Origin: Klebsormidium nitens | Lineage: Eukaryota > Plantae > Klebsormidiophyceae | Reading direction: 5' to 3' | NCBI GenBank assembly: GCA_000708835.1 | Contig: DF236961.1 | Location: forward strand, 186,001 to 250,000 | DNA length: 64,000 bases | Shown here: one piece after another, positions 10,601-22,000 of the stretch | Numbering within the stretch: position 1 is the first letter of the stretch | Layout of the letters: each line of letters opens with the position of its first letter | Notes under the pieces: generated by a model | What the model saw: the letters and a program-made list of their open reading frames with translations, nothing else | Told to the model about the DNA's origin: nothing | The model's database searches: none | Made by a program: the position numbers and the translations under genes

Positions 10601-13600
10601 TTTTAGTGTCTCTTTTCCCCCTTGCAAGATCCCCCCAGGACAAAAAACACATTTGTCTTCAGACGAAGTTTAAAAGAGCACTTGTTTTATTGTCTTCTGC
10701 CGGACCCCTGCAAAGTGGATTTATTCTCCGTCCTGCAGAATGCCCCTCCAGGACAAGTACAAGGACATGGGCACGGTGGTCATGGGCAAGATCGAGTCGG
10801 GGACGGTGCACCGAGGCGACGGCCTGCTGGTGATGCCCAACAAGATCCCCGTCAAAGTGGTGGCGATCTTCCGCGACGCCGACGAGGTCCGCGCCGCGCG
10901 GCCAGGGGAGAACCTGCGCATCCGGCTGTCGGGCATCGAGGATGAGGACATCACGCCGGGATATGTGCTCTCGGCGCAGAGTGAGTTCGCTTTCAGCAGC
11001 ATGAGTGAGCTTCTTGGATTTGTCCTGGGGCAGATCTGGGTTTAGTGATCTGGGCTAGTGGGCTCCTCTTAACTGGTTGTTGGGCACAGAAAGACGAGGA
11101 TTTACCTCCAATACGTGCTCTTGTCACAGAGTGGGGTGTCAGTTTGCGGCAGGCTTGGGAATACATTGTTGGGTTGTGGGCGGTTGAGTTGGTCTTATGA
11201 GATGATTGGCTCCTTTTGGCTTCCTTTGGTTAACAAGGACGATGACGTTACCCCCGGACGTGCTTCACTGTAGAGAAGCTTAGGTTATACTCTAGCGGAC
11301 CTAGGATGTTTCGCTGGACGAGAAGAGCAGTCTATACAGCATTAGCAACCAATTGTCACTTCAAGACGCCAGCCTCAGAGAGACACAAAAATCTCAGTGC
11401 AGACTTTTGCTCACTGAGTTTGCACGGAAGTTAAAGCCCGCCGTCGTCAAGTTTGAGGCGCAGCTGTAGAACCCGGAGCTTGACCACAAGAACTGCGTTC
11501 AATCTGCTACTCTCTACAGGGATGATTCCTGAATGATCGCCCTGAAATTCCTTGCACACTGTTTGTGCAGAGAAGCCGATCCCTGCTTTCGTCGAACCTA
11601 AGGCGCAGGTGCAGATGTTTGAGCTGCTGAAGCACAAGAGCATTCTACACAGCCTCAATGCTGAAATTCTTCGGTATAACAAACCTCTCAAAACGGCCGA
11701 AGCCCTGACGAAAACTTCCGCTCACTGGGTATGCAGAGAAACCCAATCCAGCGGTGGTCGAGTTCGAGACGCAGCTGCAGATCCTGGAGCTGCTGGACCA
11801 CAAAACCATATTCATAGCTCTCTACAAAGCAGTTCGTTCCACGAACGATTTGCTATCAATTGTACTCAAAAAACAGTTTCGTTGACTTCTCTGTAGAGAA
11901 GCCAATCCCGGCGGTCGTCGAATTCAAAGCGCAGCTGCAGATCGTGGAGCTGGTGGACCACAAGACATCTTCACAGCTTTCCACAAAGGTGTTCCTTCAA
12001 GAACGTTGAACTTTGAGTTCGTACTCAAACATCTTGCTTGTCTGTTTTGTAGAGAGGCCAATCCCCGCCGTCGTCGAGTTCGAGGCGCAGCTGCAGATTT
12101 TGGAGCTGTTGGACCACAAGAGCATCTTCACGGCGGGGTACAAGGCGGTGCTGCACATACACAGCATCGTGGAGGAGTGCGAGGTTGTGGAGCTGCTCTC
12201 GCAGATCGACCCCAAGACCAAGAAGAAGCTCAAGAAGAAGCCGCTCTTCGTCAAGGGGAACACGGTCGTCACGTGCCGCATCCAGGTAAGGGCTTTGGGC
12301 TTCATTGATTTTGCGCTCACGATTGAACTTCTAGTCCTTGTCTTACAATATTATTGTGTTTCTTGGTCCATAAAGCTTTGGTTTGAGGATGCGAAGACGG
12401 AGGAGTTGTGACTCTAAGACCAAGAAGAAGCTCACAAAGAAGCCGCTCTTCGTCAAGGGGAACACGGTCGTCATGTGTCGCATCCAGGTGAGGGGTTATA
12501 TTGAAGGTTTCGAGTCTTCGGATTTTGAATGGTTGTCTGTACTATGGGGGCTTGAGGGTTACACCTCATCTGATCTGAGGAACTTGGGCATCAAAGATCT
12601 AGAAGGAGCCCAAGAAGAAGCTGCTGTTCGTCAAGGGGAACACCTTCGTCACGTGTTTCATGGTGGGTCTCAGACCCGAGCTTCTGCGATTCCAGCGTGA
12701 GGGTTATCTAACATTTCTCAGGAGTGAGGATCGTGTCGCTTCAGAAGAAACTGCGAGGCCTCAACAAAGCTTAGTGGAAAATTGGCGCTTTCATATAGCG
12801 GAACACCGGCAGTACCAAGCGCAACTGGGTTACTTTCTTATCTCTCAATTCTAGATCAGGGCACTGGCGGGTTTTGAACTGTACTTCGATATGATGTGAA
12901 GGGCTTCAAAGGTGGTAGCGAAAATCTCACTTGAACAAGTACACTTAGGAAGTATCTCTGTCGCTCTCTCCTCGTTCTTACAACCGTCTCGCTCGCTTTG
13001 CAGGTCCAGGAAGCTATCTGCATCGAGCTTTTCTCGGACTTCCCGCAGTTGGGCCGTTTCACGCTTCGAGATGAAGGTTAGCCTTTTCGCCCTTGCCTGT
13101 AACTCTTCGATCGTACATTCCTGGCTCTCAAAGCGCGTCGTCTGGAGGTGGCGAGTCGCTGGAACAGTTTCAGAAACTGGAGCGGCAGTGGGCACGGATT
13201 GTTGACTGCAGACATTTTCATTCGACTCATGCCCGTTTCCACGGGCGTCCAGCTTTTGGGCTCTCTCAAGATAGCTGCATGCCGTCCGTTGTGCATATTT
13301 GTTCTTGCTATGCAAATGTACAAAGAAGGTAAAACGCACGAAGTTAGGAGACTAAGTAACCTGTGAACGGTGGTTTATGGGAAAGTGCGAGTTCCTTTGG
13401 GTTAGGCAGCTTTGCGGAATGGAGGTAGCGGCAATTTCGAGCTCCTCGCCGGGGGGTTCCACCTTAGGTTCGGGATCGAATTGGTGCTTATTGAGGTTCT
13501 TCCCAGGAATACATAAACCTCTTGAATGCGTTTCTCATAGTGCACAGCGCATTCGAAGTGATTGAAAGGTATGTACTTGACGTGCATAACAGTTCATCGA

Positions 13601-13727
13601 AAAGTTCGGAAATCTAATCCCGTAAACGTGCCTTGTGCGTTGCTCGAACTTACCTTGCCTTTGCATGACCGCAGGCAAGACTGTGGCCATAGGCAAGGTC
13701 ATCACTCTCCTCGACAACCAGGAGTGA
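4671..13727 (+). CDS. eRF3: Eukaryotic peptide chain release factor 3 (translational GTPase)
   Basis: Exons 4671-5478, 5725-5784, 6206-6346, 7096-7207, 7651-7831, 8457-8611, 9012-9076, 9372-9522, 10739-10980, 12053-12285, 13004-13076, 13675-13727 join in phase. Motifs: [105 protein letters not shown]-terminal overlapping PAM2-like motifs [19 protein letters not shown] (4752-4811). Confidence 0.96.
4815..5069 (+). repeat. Coding oligopeptide repeats (YQQPG x5 plus G/Y/Q-rich variants) in the eRF3 N-terminus
   Basis: Direct translation: [58 protein letters not shown]. Confidence 0.95.
6880..6943 (-). repeat. Dispersed C/A-rich repeat, copy 1 (inverted, in an eRF3 intron)
   Basis: Reverse complement cgaaccccaaattcacatgctccgcaccccaagcccaccctaaccatcagactaacctcacccg matches the copies at 35738, 49168 and 56205. 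Confidence 0.65.
9960..10738 (+). repeat. Tandem degenerate copies of the eRF3 acceptor plus exon start (5-6 units, about 125-135 bp period)
   Basis: cag|gatgccc..caggacaagtacaaggacatgggcacg-like units start at 9982, 10107, 10243, 10371 and 10507, with a degraded unit near 10628, ahead of the functional exon at 10739. Confidence 0.92.
11420..12052 (+). repeat. Tandem degenerate copies of the eRF3 acceptor plus exon start (4 units, about 150-165 bp period)
   Basis: ag|agaagccaatccc..gtcgagttcgaggcgcagctgcagat..gagctg..gaccacaag units at about 11425, 11571, 11737 and 11897; functional exon at 12053. Confidence 0.92.
12410..12665 (+). repeat. Two degenerate copies of the eRF3 exon end plus donor
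   Basis: aagaagccgctcttcgtcaaggggaacacggtcgtca..catccag|gt copies end at 12487 and 12662, downstream of the functional donor at 12285/12286. Confidence 0.9.
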
Positions 13728-15770
13728 CGTTTTGGCGCCGGCATACCATCCTAGTCCTTTTGAGTAGCCGCCTGAGAAGTAAGTCCACAAGCGGTGACGC
13801 CTCCGTTCAGTCTGCGAGGCCCTGTCCGGAAATCTCGTGAGCAGATGCTTGAACTCATGCGTTGGCCTCCTGTCCGGAAGTTTAGAGGAGCTTGCGGTGG
13901 ATTCTGAACGATTTGCAAACTTGGCAAATCCCTTCGGGGGTTTGCGAATTATCTAGATCTGGATTCGTCAGGAGGCGAGTTGGTCTACTTTGCAAGGAGT
14001 CTTTCTTGTGGTCGACATCATGCCGTCACCACTTGGAATCTTTTGCTGATGCCCTTGTATGACCTGTCATGCAGGTAGTATCACGAGTGGTTGGTAGAAC
14101 CATCAACGGAATTTAGTAGCGTGGCTGCTTCCCGTAGCTCAAACCGCTTTTACGTTGCTCTTTGGAACGCTTGTCCCGGAGCAACTATAAGAAAATGCAT
14201 TCCCTGGCGCGGCAGCTGCCAATGATGCAGGCATGCAATTTTCTGATGGCTTCCATTGTCGGCAGTCTGATCAAGACCCAGTCCTTCCGCTTTGACGTGA
14301 TTGCAATTGTTTTTGAGCAGATATGCTTTCGGTGGCTCTTCGCCCCCTTTATCTCATTTAATTCCGTGTTTGAATTCAGTGATTTTGTCGGAATAAGCTG
14401 GGGTGTACGGGCTTTCATTTTTGCCTGCCTTCCTCCGGTAACTTTCAGCATTATACTCGCAGGCGGTTCAATGGTACAGGATATGACCTTTATATCCGGA
14501 TGTTGCAGCACTGGCCATATATATATAATTGCGGTATAAAGGCCGGCCGAAGTTAATGTGGAAGCATACTGCGTCAATCAGCCTTAGTATAATTGCGCGC
14601 GGCTGCATGTGATTTGCTGCTCACTGAGCTAGCCTGGCCGCCGCCAATGATATATATGTAGTTGCAGAGAACTCGATGCACAATACTCGTCGCTCCTCAT
14701 ATTTACCCCCATGATAATTCATCATTCTGAACTGTTGTAGTGCCGTGTGGGCCTCACAATTTCGAATTTCAACTTATTCTCCTAGCTAGAGCTTTGCGCG
14801 TACGTCTTGCATGCATGCACATGGAATCGACGTCATATCTTTGCAACGCAGGCCAATAAGTTAGCATGATCGAGGCCAACATATGTACATGAGCCTTTAA
14901 GCATGAGTACGTCCCTTCTTCCTTACAGCGGGCGCCGTGCCTCCGACAGCCTGACCACGAGCTCATCCAAGGAGATTGCCCGCTCATGCAGTTAGGGCCA
15001 GAGGTCATCCCCTCTCGAATAGTCGGACGCCTACGCCATGTCAGCTATATTCAAGCCGTTGTAGACCACATCGGCTCTCATCGCATTTCCGAAGTGTTTG
15101 ACCTCCAAATCCGTTCGAGCATATACGCTTTTCGGGAACGGGCTAGGGCCACCATGACGTCCGCACTGCAATACGGGCCCGGGTGACATCATACCGAATG
15201 TTATGTACCTTTCTACACACGTCCTTGCCCTCTGTCGTCCACCAAATCCCCACTTCGGATGTACTCGGAGTGCAGCTTGCATTAAAAGAGAGTCGCCCGA
15301 CTGTACTAAACTTAGAATTCCTTGAGCATCATGTGCAACAGCTCGCCAGTATCTAATTCATGCACCACGTCAACAAGAATATTAACATGGAATATGATCG
15401 GGCGCTCCGGAACTGCAGCCATCGTCTCCCAATAAGCTCGTCGATCCTCCGTATCTCCGCAGGCGGCTCGACGGTAACAAGCCTGCTCGCTGATAGCACT
15501 GGCACCTTCCCGTGCCAGCTTCTGTACGCGTCCGACCGCCTTATATGCTGGATTTTTTGAATTAACAGTATCGACATACCGACCGGGAGTGTCAGGGACA
15601 TGGGGAGTTCGTCTGCTGGTATTGCGATGTTGCGGTATTCAGTGCGGTATTGCAAGTTATTAATCATCAATGCATGCATTCCTCTATACGAATTGGTGGC
15701 AATCAGAGAGAGGACTTAATCCGAAAAGGGCTTTTTGCTCGATTCGTCACGTTGATGAGGTCGACTTCCG

Positions 15771-16013
15771 TCAACTAGAAAGTTGTTTGATTGCAATAAT
15801 CTTGGCCACTAACAAGACTTTTTTGAGAATATCCACGGCTTCTTGCCAAAGTTGGGCCCTCGGGTCATCTTTTCGGCCTAGCACTGAACCCATGTAACGC
15901 CCAAATTGCATGCCGGATCCGAACGTCTTCGCCGCGTAAAGGCCTTTCCCGTACATGCCTAGCGAGTGCAGAAGATTTGGATCTCTCACAAATAAACACC
16001 GGGGAAGCCTCAT
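15771..16013 (-). pseudogene. Possible SET-domain-like coding fragment
   Basis: GKGLYAAKTFGSGMQFGRYMGSVL resembles the N-terminal SET motif GxGLFAxxxIxxGxxIGxYxG. No RFxNHSC or ELxFDY motif was found, so the call is weak. Confidence 0.25.
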
Positions 16014-16066
16014 TCGCGCAGTTACCTATATCAGTCAGGATACACTGTGAAACCCCCTACATACCC

Positions 16067-19000
16067 TTATCGGCCTTGCCTTATCGCTGACACTTGGTAA
16101 TCCATACTGGCCATGATCCCGTCACTCGCCGCGCTCCCGCTCGAAGCACCGGGCTGGTTCCAAGAGCTCGTGGAAGCGCTCGGATACGCGGTTACCGCCT
16201 GCCCGGTACCCGCTGACCCGAACCAGCTACCGTCCGTGACGATCCCCGAGTCCGCCTCCACTCTCCGGCCCATATCTTCCAGCTCGCGGAGCACGTGGGA
16301 CATCTGCGGCCGGTGGACGTCCTCCCGGGCGGTGCAGCCCACAGCTAGGGCCACGAACTGAGCGGAAACTTGAGCCGGGAAGTGGCCATGCAGGCGGGGG
16401 TCCACGACATCGTTCGGCTGGCGAGCGTGGCGTGCTACCTGTTTCGTAGGAGTTTACCGCAATCAGAAAAGTTCGTTAAGCATGGAGATGGAGGGACGTC
16501 CGAGGGCATCATGGAATGTTACGGCAAACCCGTTTGACAAGGTCGGAAAGGTGAAGGCTTCCGCCAGGCGGTTCGCGCTGTTAGATTCGTTTGTAGAAAG
16601 CAGTCAGAATTGGTTCCAACAAGAAAACATCAAATAAGCGCAGAATTACCTCATTTCTCGAGTTATTGGTCCGTACACAACGCAGTACAATAAAACGGAC
16701 GTAACGGAGGGTTTCCCAACAGAATTTTCTAGTAGCAATTGATTCTTATAAACGGGTCACGACCGAGGACTGACTACAGGAGTCGTGATACGCTCGTGCA
16801 ACTCTGTAGATGCTGTCCGACTTCGCGTCCTGCTGCAAGGTTCAAGGACCAGCGCACCCTATTTTGAATCCAGGATTGCAACGGCAGAAAGCTTCAAAAG
16901 TACCCGCCGCGGGCCTGCCCGTTTTTCGACGCTACCTGTGCCCGGCAGAATCGCCTTTGGGCAACCAAAGATAACAAGCGCGGCGCAGGGGCCCGGATAC
17001 GACAAATTTCCTTCCTCCCATCAAAGGGCAATCGCTGTTAGAGCATGGACAGACTCGTCACGAACGTGGGCAGCATCATGGTCACCACCCGATTGGACGT
17101 TTTCCACCACTTTGAAACGTTCTGGTTTCGTTCAACAATGAATTGGAAACTCCGCCTAAAGCAGGCACCGCACAATTTCCTAGTAGCAATCGCTCTTATG
17201 AACGTAGCCAAGGCGACTTCAGAGTTCACGTTTCCGCCTTTGGACTGCGTTTCTGTTCTTAGGCTCACCGCATCAACCAGATTGCAGCGCGTTCCGTCGG
17301 GCATCGCCTCGACCGCGCGCCTCCCCGTCACCAGCTCCAACAACACGACGCCGAAGCTGTAGACGTCAATCATCTTCGTCACCTGCCACATCGAACGGTC
17401 ATCAGCATAGGGGAAACGAACTTTCAGACAAGCTTCGTGTAGGTGCGTTTCCATCCACAAAGCTGAGTCAGGAGGGCCCTTGGACTGCGCTACTTGCAAT
17501 GCGATTGGGTTGGAGGGCTCCTAAGGATTGCTGCCAACTTTCGACCAGCCCGCTTCTTTTGAAGTTGACAGGGACGAGGAATCAAAGATCCAGGAGCTTT
17601 TTGAAGACATCCCGATCTCGCCCCTGGAAGGAGATGGTTGAATGATCAAACGGCATGCTCAGCACCCTGTTATTCCGGCAGGTGAAGACATTACGAAGGC
17701 TTCGTAACCTCCGACTCAAACGCGCTATATCGACACTTGAACCCAAGTGGTCTGAAGTCGAAAATCTTAGGACCCAACTGTGATCGGTTATGAGGGTATC
17801 TTGTGTCGCCTCACCTGGCCGTATAGAGCATACTCGGGGGCGACGTATCCATACGTGCCCCGCACGGCTGTGCTGTGATGAGTAACGCCCTCGTCAACAA
17901 GCTTCGCCAGGCCAAAGTCTGCCACCTGCGGGTAACACAAGCAACCAAAGTCATTGTCCGCTCATCGATGCCAATGCGGAGTTCACGAAAGACTCATATA
18001 GCTTGCAGCGTGAGGAGTCTCAAGGTAATTTACCGTTACCCAACTTGGTCAACTCTAGTGAGGGCCTTACCCACTATAGAAGGGATCACTCACATGATAG
18101 TATACACTTCGAGCTTGATTGAATTTCTCCTCGAAGCCCCAAAACAAGACTCAAACGTCTGGCCTAGCTCAACCCGCGTTTCAAAGCCTGGCAGAAAGCA
18201 AACCGTTCTTGAGCCGGCTGTCGGATCCCGATGCCGGGTCGCAAAACGCACCAGCGGTTCGAAGTTTGCGCCCAGCAGAATGTTGGCGGACTTGATGTCC
18301 CGGTGCAGAATGGTGGGCGCCGTGTCATTGTGCAGGTACGAGATGCCGCGCACTGCCCCGGTCGCGATGTCCAGGCGCTGCTTCCACGTCAGAGGGGCGC
18401 CCGAGACTGCACGCCAAATGTCAGAGGTCGAACAGACGCCGACTACGAATCCACGGCCAAGCGCGAGCTTTGGGCGGAAAAAAGGTTTTCGAGCGCCAGG
18501 TTTTGGAAGGGTTTCGCGGGACGCGGCCGCACAGCGCATGCCGTCACCGATGTGGACGCGTCAGCGGAATTGTGGACCCCGGATGCCATCCGGTCCAACG
18601 AGGCATGGCAGGCGGAACGGAACCCACAAGCGGTCGGAATTGAGCAGACCGAAAAGGTGCGGCTGAATGGGACGGAGACAGATTCGGAGCCTAATTGCAG
18701 CTCAATGTAATTAAACTGGTAAGTCTGGCTCCTCTCAAACCGTTTTCCAGTTCACTTTGAAGACCGGTGCTGATAGAAAAGGAGAAAAGGAGGGACCTCT
18801 ACTTACTTTCCGCCGCTTACATGCACCAAAGTCTTTGGAAGCGCACTTGCAAAAACGCTTTGCTCAAGATGACGATATTCCGGTTACCTTCCACCTTTTG
18901 CGATCACTTTGACAAGCCTGCAGAGCTGCCTTTCATGTTTATGCTGAAACGAGCGAGAATCCTGCTACCGCCCACCGTTAGATATGGCCGTCTGCAGATT

Positions 19001-22000
19001 CCCGTTTGGCGCATAGTCCATGAGCAAGTAATACGCGTTTGCAGCGATGCAGTATCCCCGCAGCGACACCAGGTTCCTGTGTCGAACGTTGCCAATGGTC
19101 CCAAGTTCACTCACAAACTCTTTCTGGCCGACGCCCTGCATGAAATTGTTAGGACGTCTGAAGCAAGCGTCCGTAACAAAGCTAGAAGTTGAATTCGTGT
19201 TGTTTGTCAAGAAGTACGACGTGTTTGGTCTCCAATTAATGTTTTGCTTGAGGACCCACTTTAGCGAGTTGAACTCTCGAAATGTTGGGTCAAAAATACG
19301 TAGTCAACGCTCGCAATTGGGCCTGCTTCAAGGTTTCTCCGATATTTCGTTTACGACGATCCCCGATAACCTGCTGAACGTTTGAGCCACCGAAGTCTGA
19401 CCTGCCTCCATAAGTACTCGGCCTGGACAAATGTTCAATCTAAGAACAATTGCCTGAATGGTAATCTTGATGGACAACTTCCGATAGAAGACGGGCAGCG
19501 CTCGCTGCCCCGCTGCGGCCCGATTTCTTACTGCGTGTTCGAGTTGCCAACAACGAGCGGGCGAGTCAGCACTCTTGCACCGACTGTGAGCTTTGAGGGC
19601 ATTAAAACAAGAGCTCGGACGATTGGCAACTGGTGTAAGGACCTAATCAGGCGAAAAGCGTCACGATCCGCGGGTCCAACTGCTGTAACTTCATTGCACG
19701 AAGGCACCGTGACAAAGACTGGCAGCTGAACGTACGCCCTAAACATGGTCGATTTGAGATTCTTGTTGACCAGGCTGTGCATCCGGACCTGAAGTTAGTC
19801 CAAGCTTTCCCCGCGTCCGCAGAGTGCAGCGAGTCCTGATGATCCATCAATCGTTTTCATGTCAGTCTGATTTTTAGATGGAAACGAGTCGGCAAGAACC
19901 TTTCACCAAGCTAATCAGGCATTCTTAAGCACCGAAGATCAGATCGACTTGGGAAAGCTGGGTCCCTCACCTTCTTGCCCTTCCCGAGCTCTTTGACAGC
20001 CAGAACCGTTCCATCAGAGAACGTGGCCCTGAAGACTCGTCCAAAGGCGCCCTGTCCGATCAGCGCACTGTCGGAGAAGCCGTTCGTCGCTTTTTTGATC
20101 TTCCGGAAGGTGAACAGCCGAACCACGCTGAGGGCCTCCTGAGCCTGAACGATTGCTGCATCGCTGGCACAGATCCACTCTTAACAAGCTTCAAGAGGTC
20201 GTGATCAGGCTTGTTCTGGCTGAACGGTCCTAAGAGCCAGCTTATCAGACCCCAGATGGATTAAATACTCAGCAACCGAAGCTTGCTCGATTGCTGACTT
20301 ACGGACTTTCTTCTTCGCTAACTTCGAAAACTTTCAGCTAAGTTTTGCCAGGGTTACTTTCGATTTACGTGATTAGGATCATCGTTCAGCCTTTTCAAAA
20401 ATGCGAGCGGTTAGGAACTATAGAAGATTATAGCAATGGATAAAGTTCTCGCATCGTTTCAAGTAAACGGCTGTCGGCCGCGTTGAACAGGCTCGGTGCT
20501 ACCGCAGAATGGCATTCTCAACCCTCCCTCAAGTCCTGTGATCGAGGTCCTTCCAAGTGGGATTCACCATACTTCAAGCTTAATACATCTTACATACGGT
20601 AACTGCGCAGTGGTCACGTCAAAATTCAGCATATTGAATCTATTGCCTCTTTTCGGCCACCAGAGCACTCGCCCTTTGTTTTCTTTCATAATACACAGAC
20701 CAGCAGATCAGATAATGCAAACCGAAGCCAGGACATCCCTTTCGGTAATTGCATTCGTCCACTGTGTCCACTGTCAGCATAATCTCAACGTTCAACGTCA
20801 AAAAATGGGAGCTCACCTGAGGGGTTCCGCGCCTTGCCCAACCCGGCAACAGGATCGCCCGCAGCACGGACCGCTTTTACACCAGCAACCGCGCCACCCT
20901 CGAGCGCTGCTGCACCTTCTGTGGACATTGCACGAGGGGCCCTGACCGCGATTGGTGGAGGACCCAAGGGCCCGTCCAACTTGTCCTGTCTTTCCTCGTC
21001 GTACATCAAATCTGGCACGTCTGTAGGGGCTGCTGCCTTGGGATTCCCCGTCTTTCTCCCCAAACTAGCGTCCAACCAATCGGGGGGGCGCTGAGCTTTT
21101 CTCCTCCTCTTTGCCAGGAGCATTACGCCCACAACCAACAACAAGGCAACTCCCACACCCGCAAGAGAGATTCCCACAACGGTCCCGATCCCAAGACCGC
21201 TGTTGCTAGGGGCGGGGTTTGGAGAAGGGGGTTTCGGTGGGGGGGATGGGGAGGGCAGCACAGGGTTCGGAGTTGGGGTGAAGTTATAACCTGGGCTGCT
21301 CGAGGTTAAGTTATAGATTGAGCAGCAGCCAGCTACGGGATGGTCTTGAACTGTTGTTGGGCAATCGAGGATAGTTATATCCGGTGAAATCCCGAGGCAA
21401 ACTAGGTCTTTGCTGCAACAGGCCACATAACTCTTGTCGGCTGGGCAGTCGGTTGCTCTTGCGGTTGGATGTCCATCGTCGAACTGGAAACACGGATTCG
21501 CAGTTGGGGGAGGGGGGATCGGAATGGAAGTGTAATCGTAGGTTGAGCAACAACCGGCTACGGGGTAGGCTGGAAGCGAGCCCGTGCAGTTCACGAAACT
21601 TATGTTGGAAGAAAATCCAACACAAATATTGCCGGAAGAAGTGCAACAAGCGGCAAAACCCTGTTGCTGCAGGGCAATGACTGGCGAAAGCAAGCGGATG
21701 CTTGTCAACAAAAAACTGACAGGTAGGAGGTGGTGGTGACGAAGTATCAGTAGCTCCGCTTGATAACTTGGAATTAATGGCTGGGGGTGGACCAGTATTG
21801 CAGCAGGCTGTTCCATTCTCTCCGCAGTCCACCTCACTGCTGTTCCCATAAGCAGTGCAGGTACAATTGTTGTCCAAAGAGGTTTGGCACGTTGCCGTAC
21901 AACAGCCCACAGATTTGTAGAACGTGTTTCGCGAACAGACATCAGTAGTGATGCTGCCAGTATACCCTTGTTCAATGCAGTCATCCCCCGTCCAAAGGAG

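Noticed and set aside
9960-10738. CRISPR-like repeat-spacer appearance of the arrays (also 11420-12052 and 57243-57851)
   Set aside because: The repeats are degenerate copies of adjacent eukaryotic exon edges, there are no cas genes, and the context is spliceosomal introns.
16900-16945. Possible acceptor echo of the last RLK exon (acag|gtagc)
   Set aside because: Only about 9 matching bases; indistinguishable from the splice consensus.
17875-18666. 263-aa plus-strand ORF
   Set aside because: Antisense to kinase exons and spans their introns; no recognisable domain.
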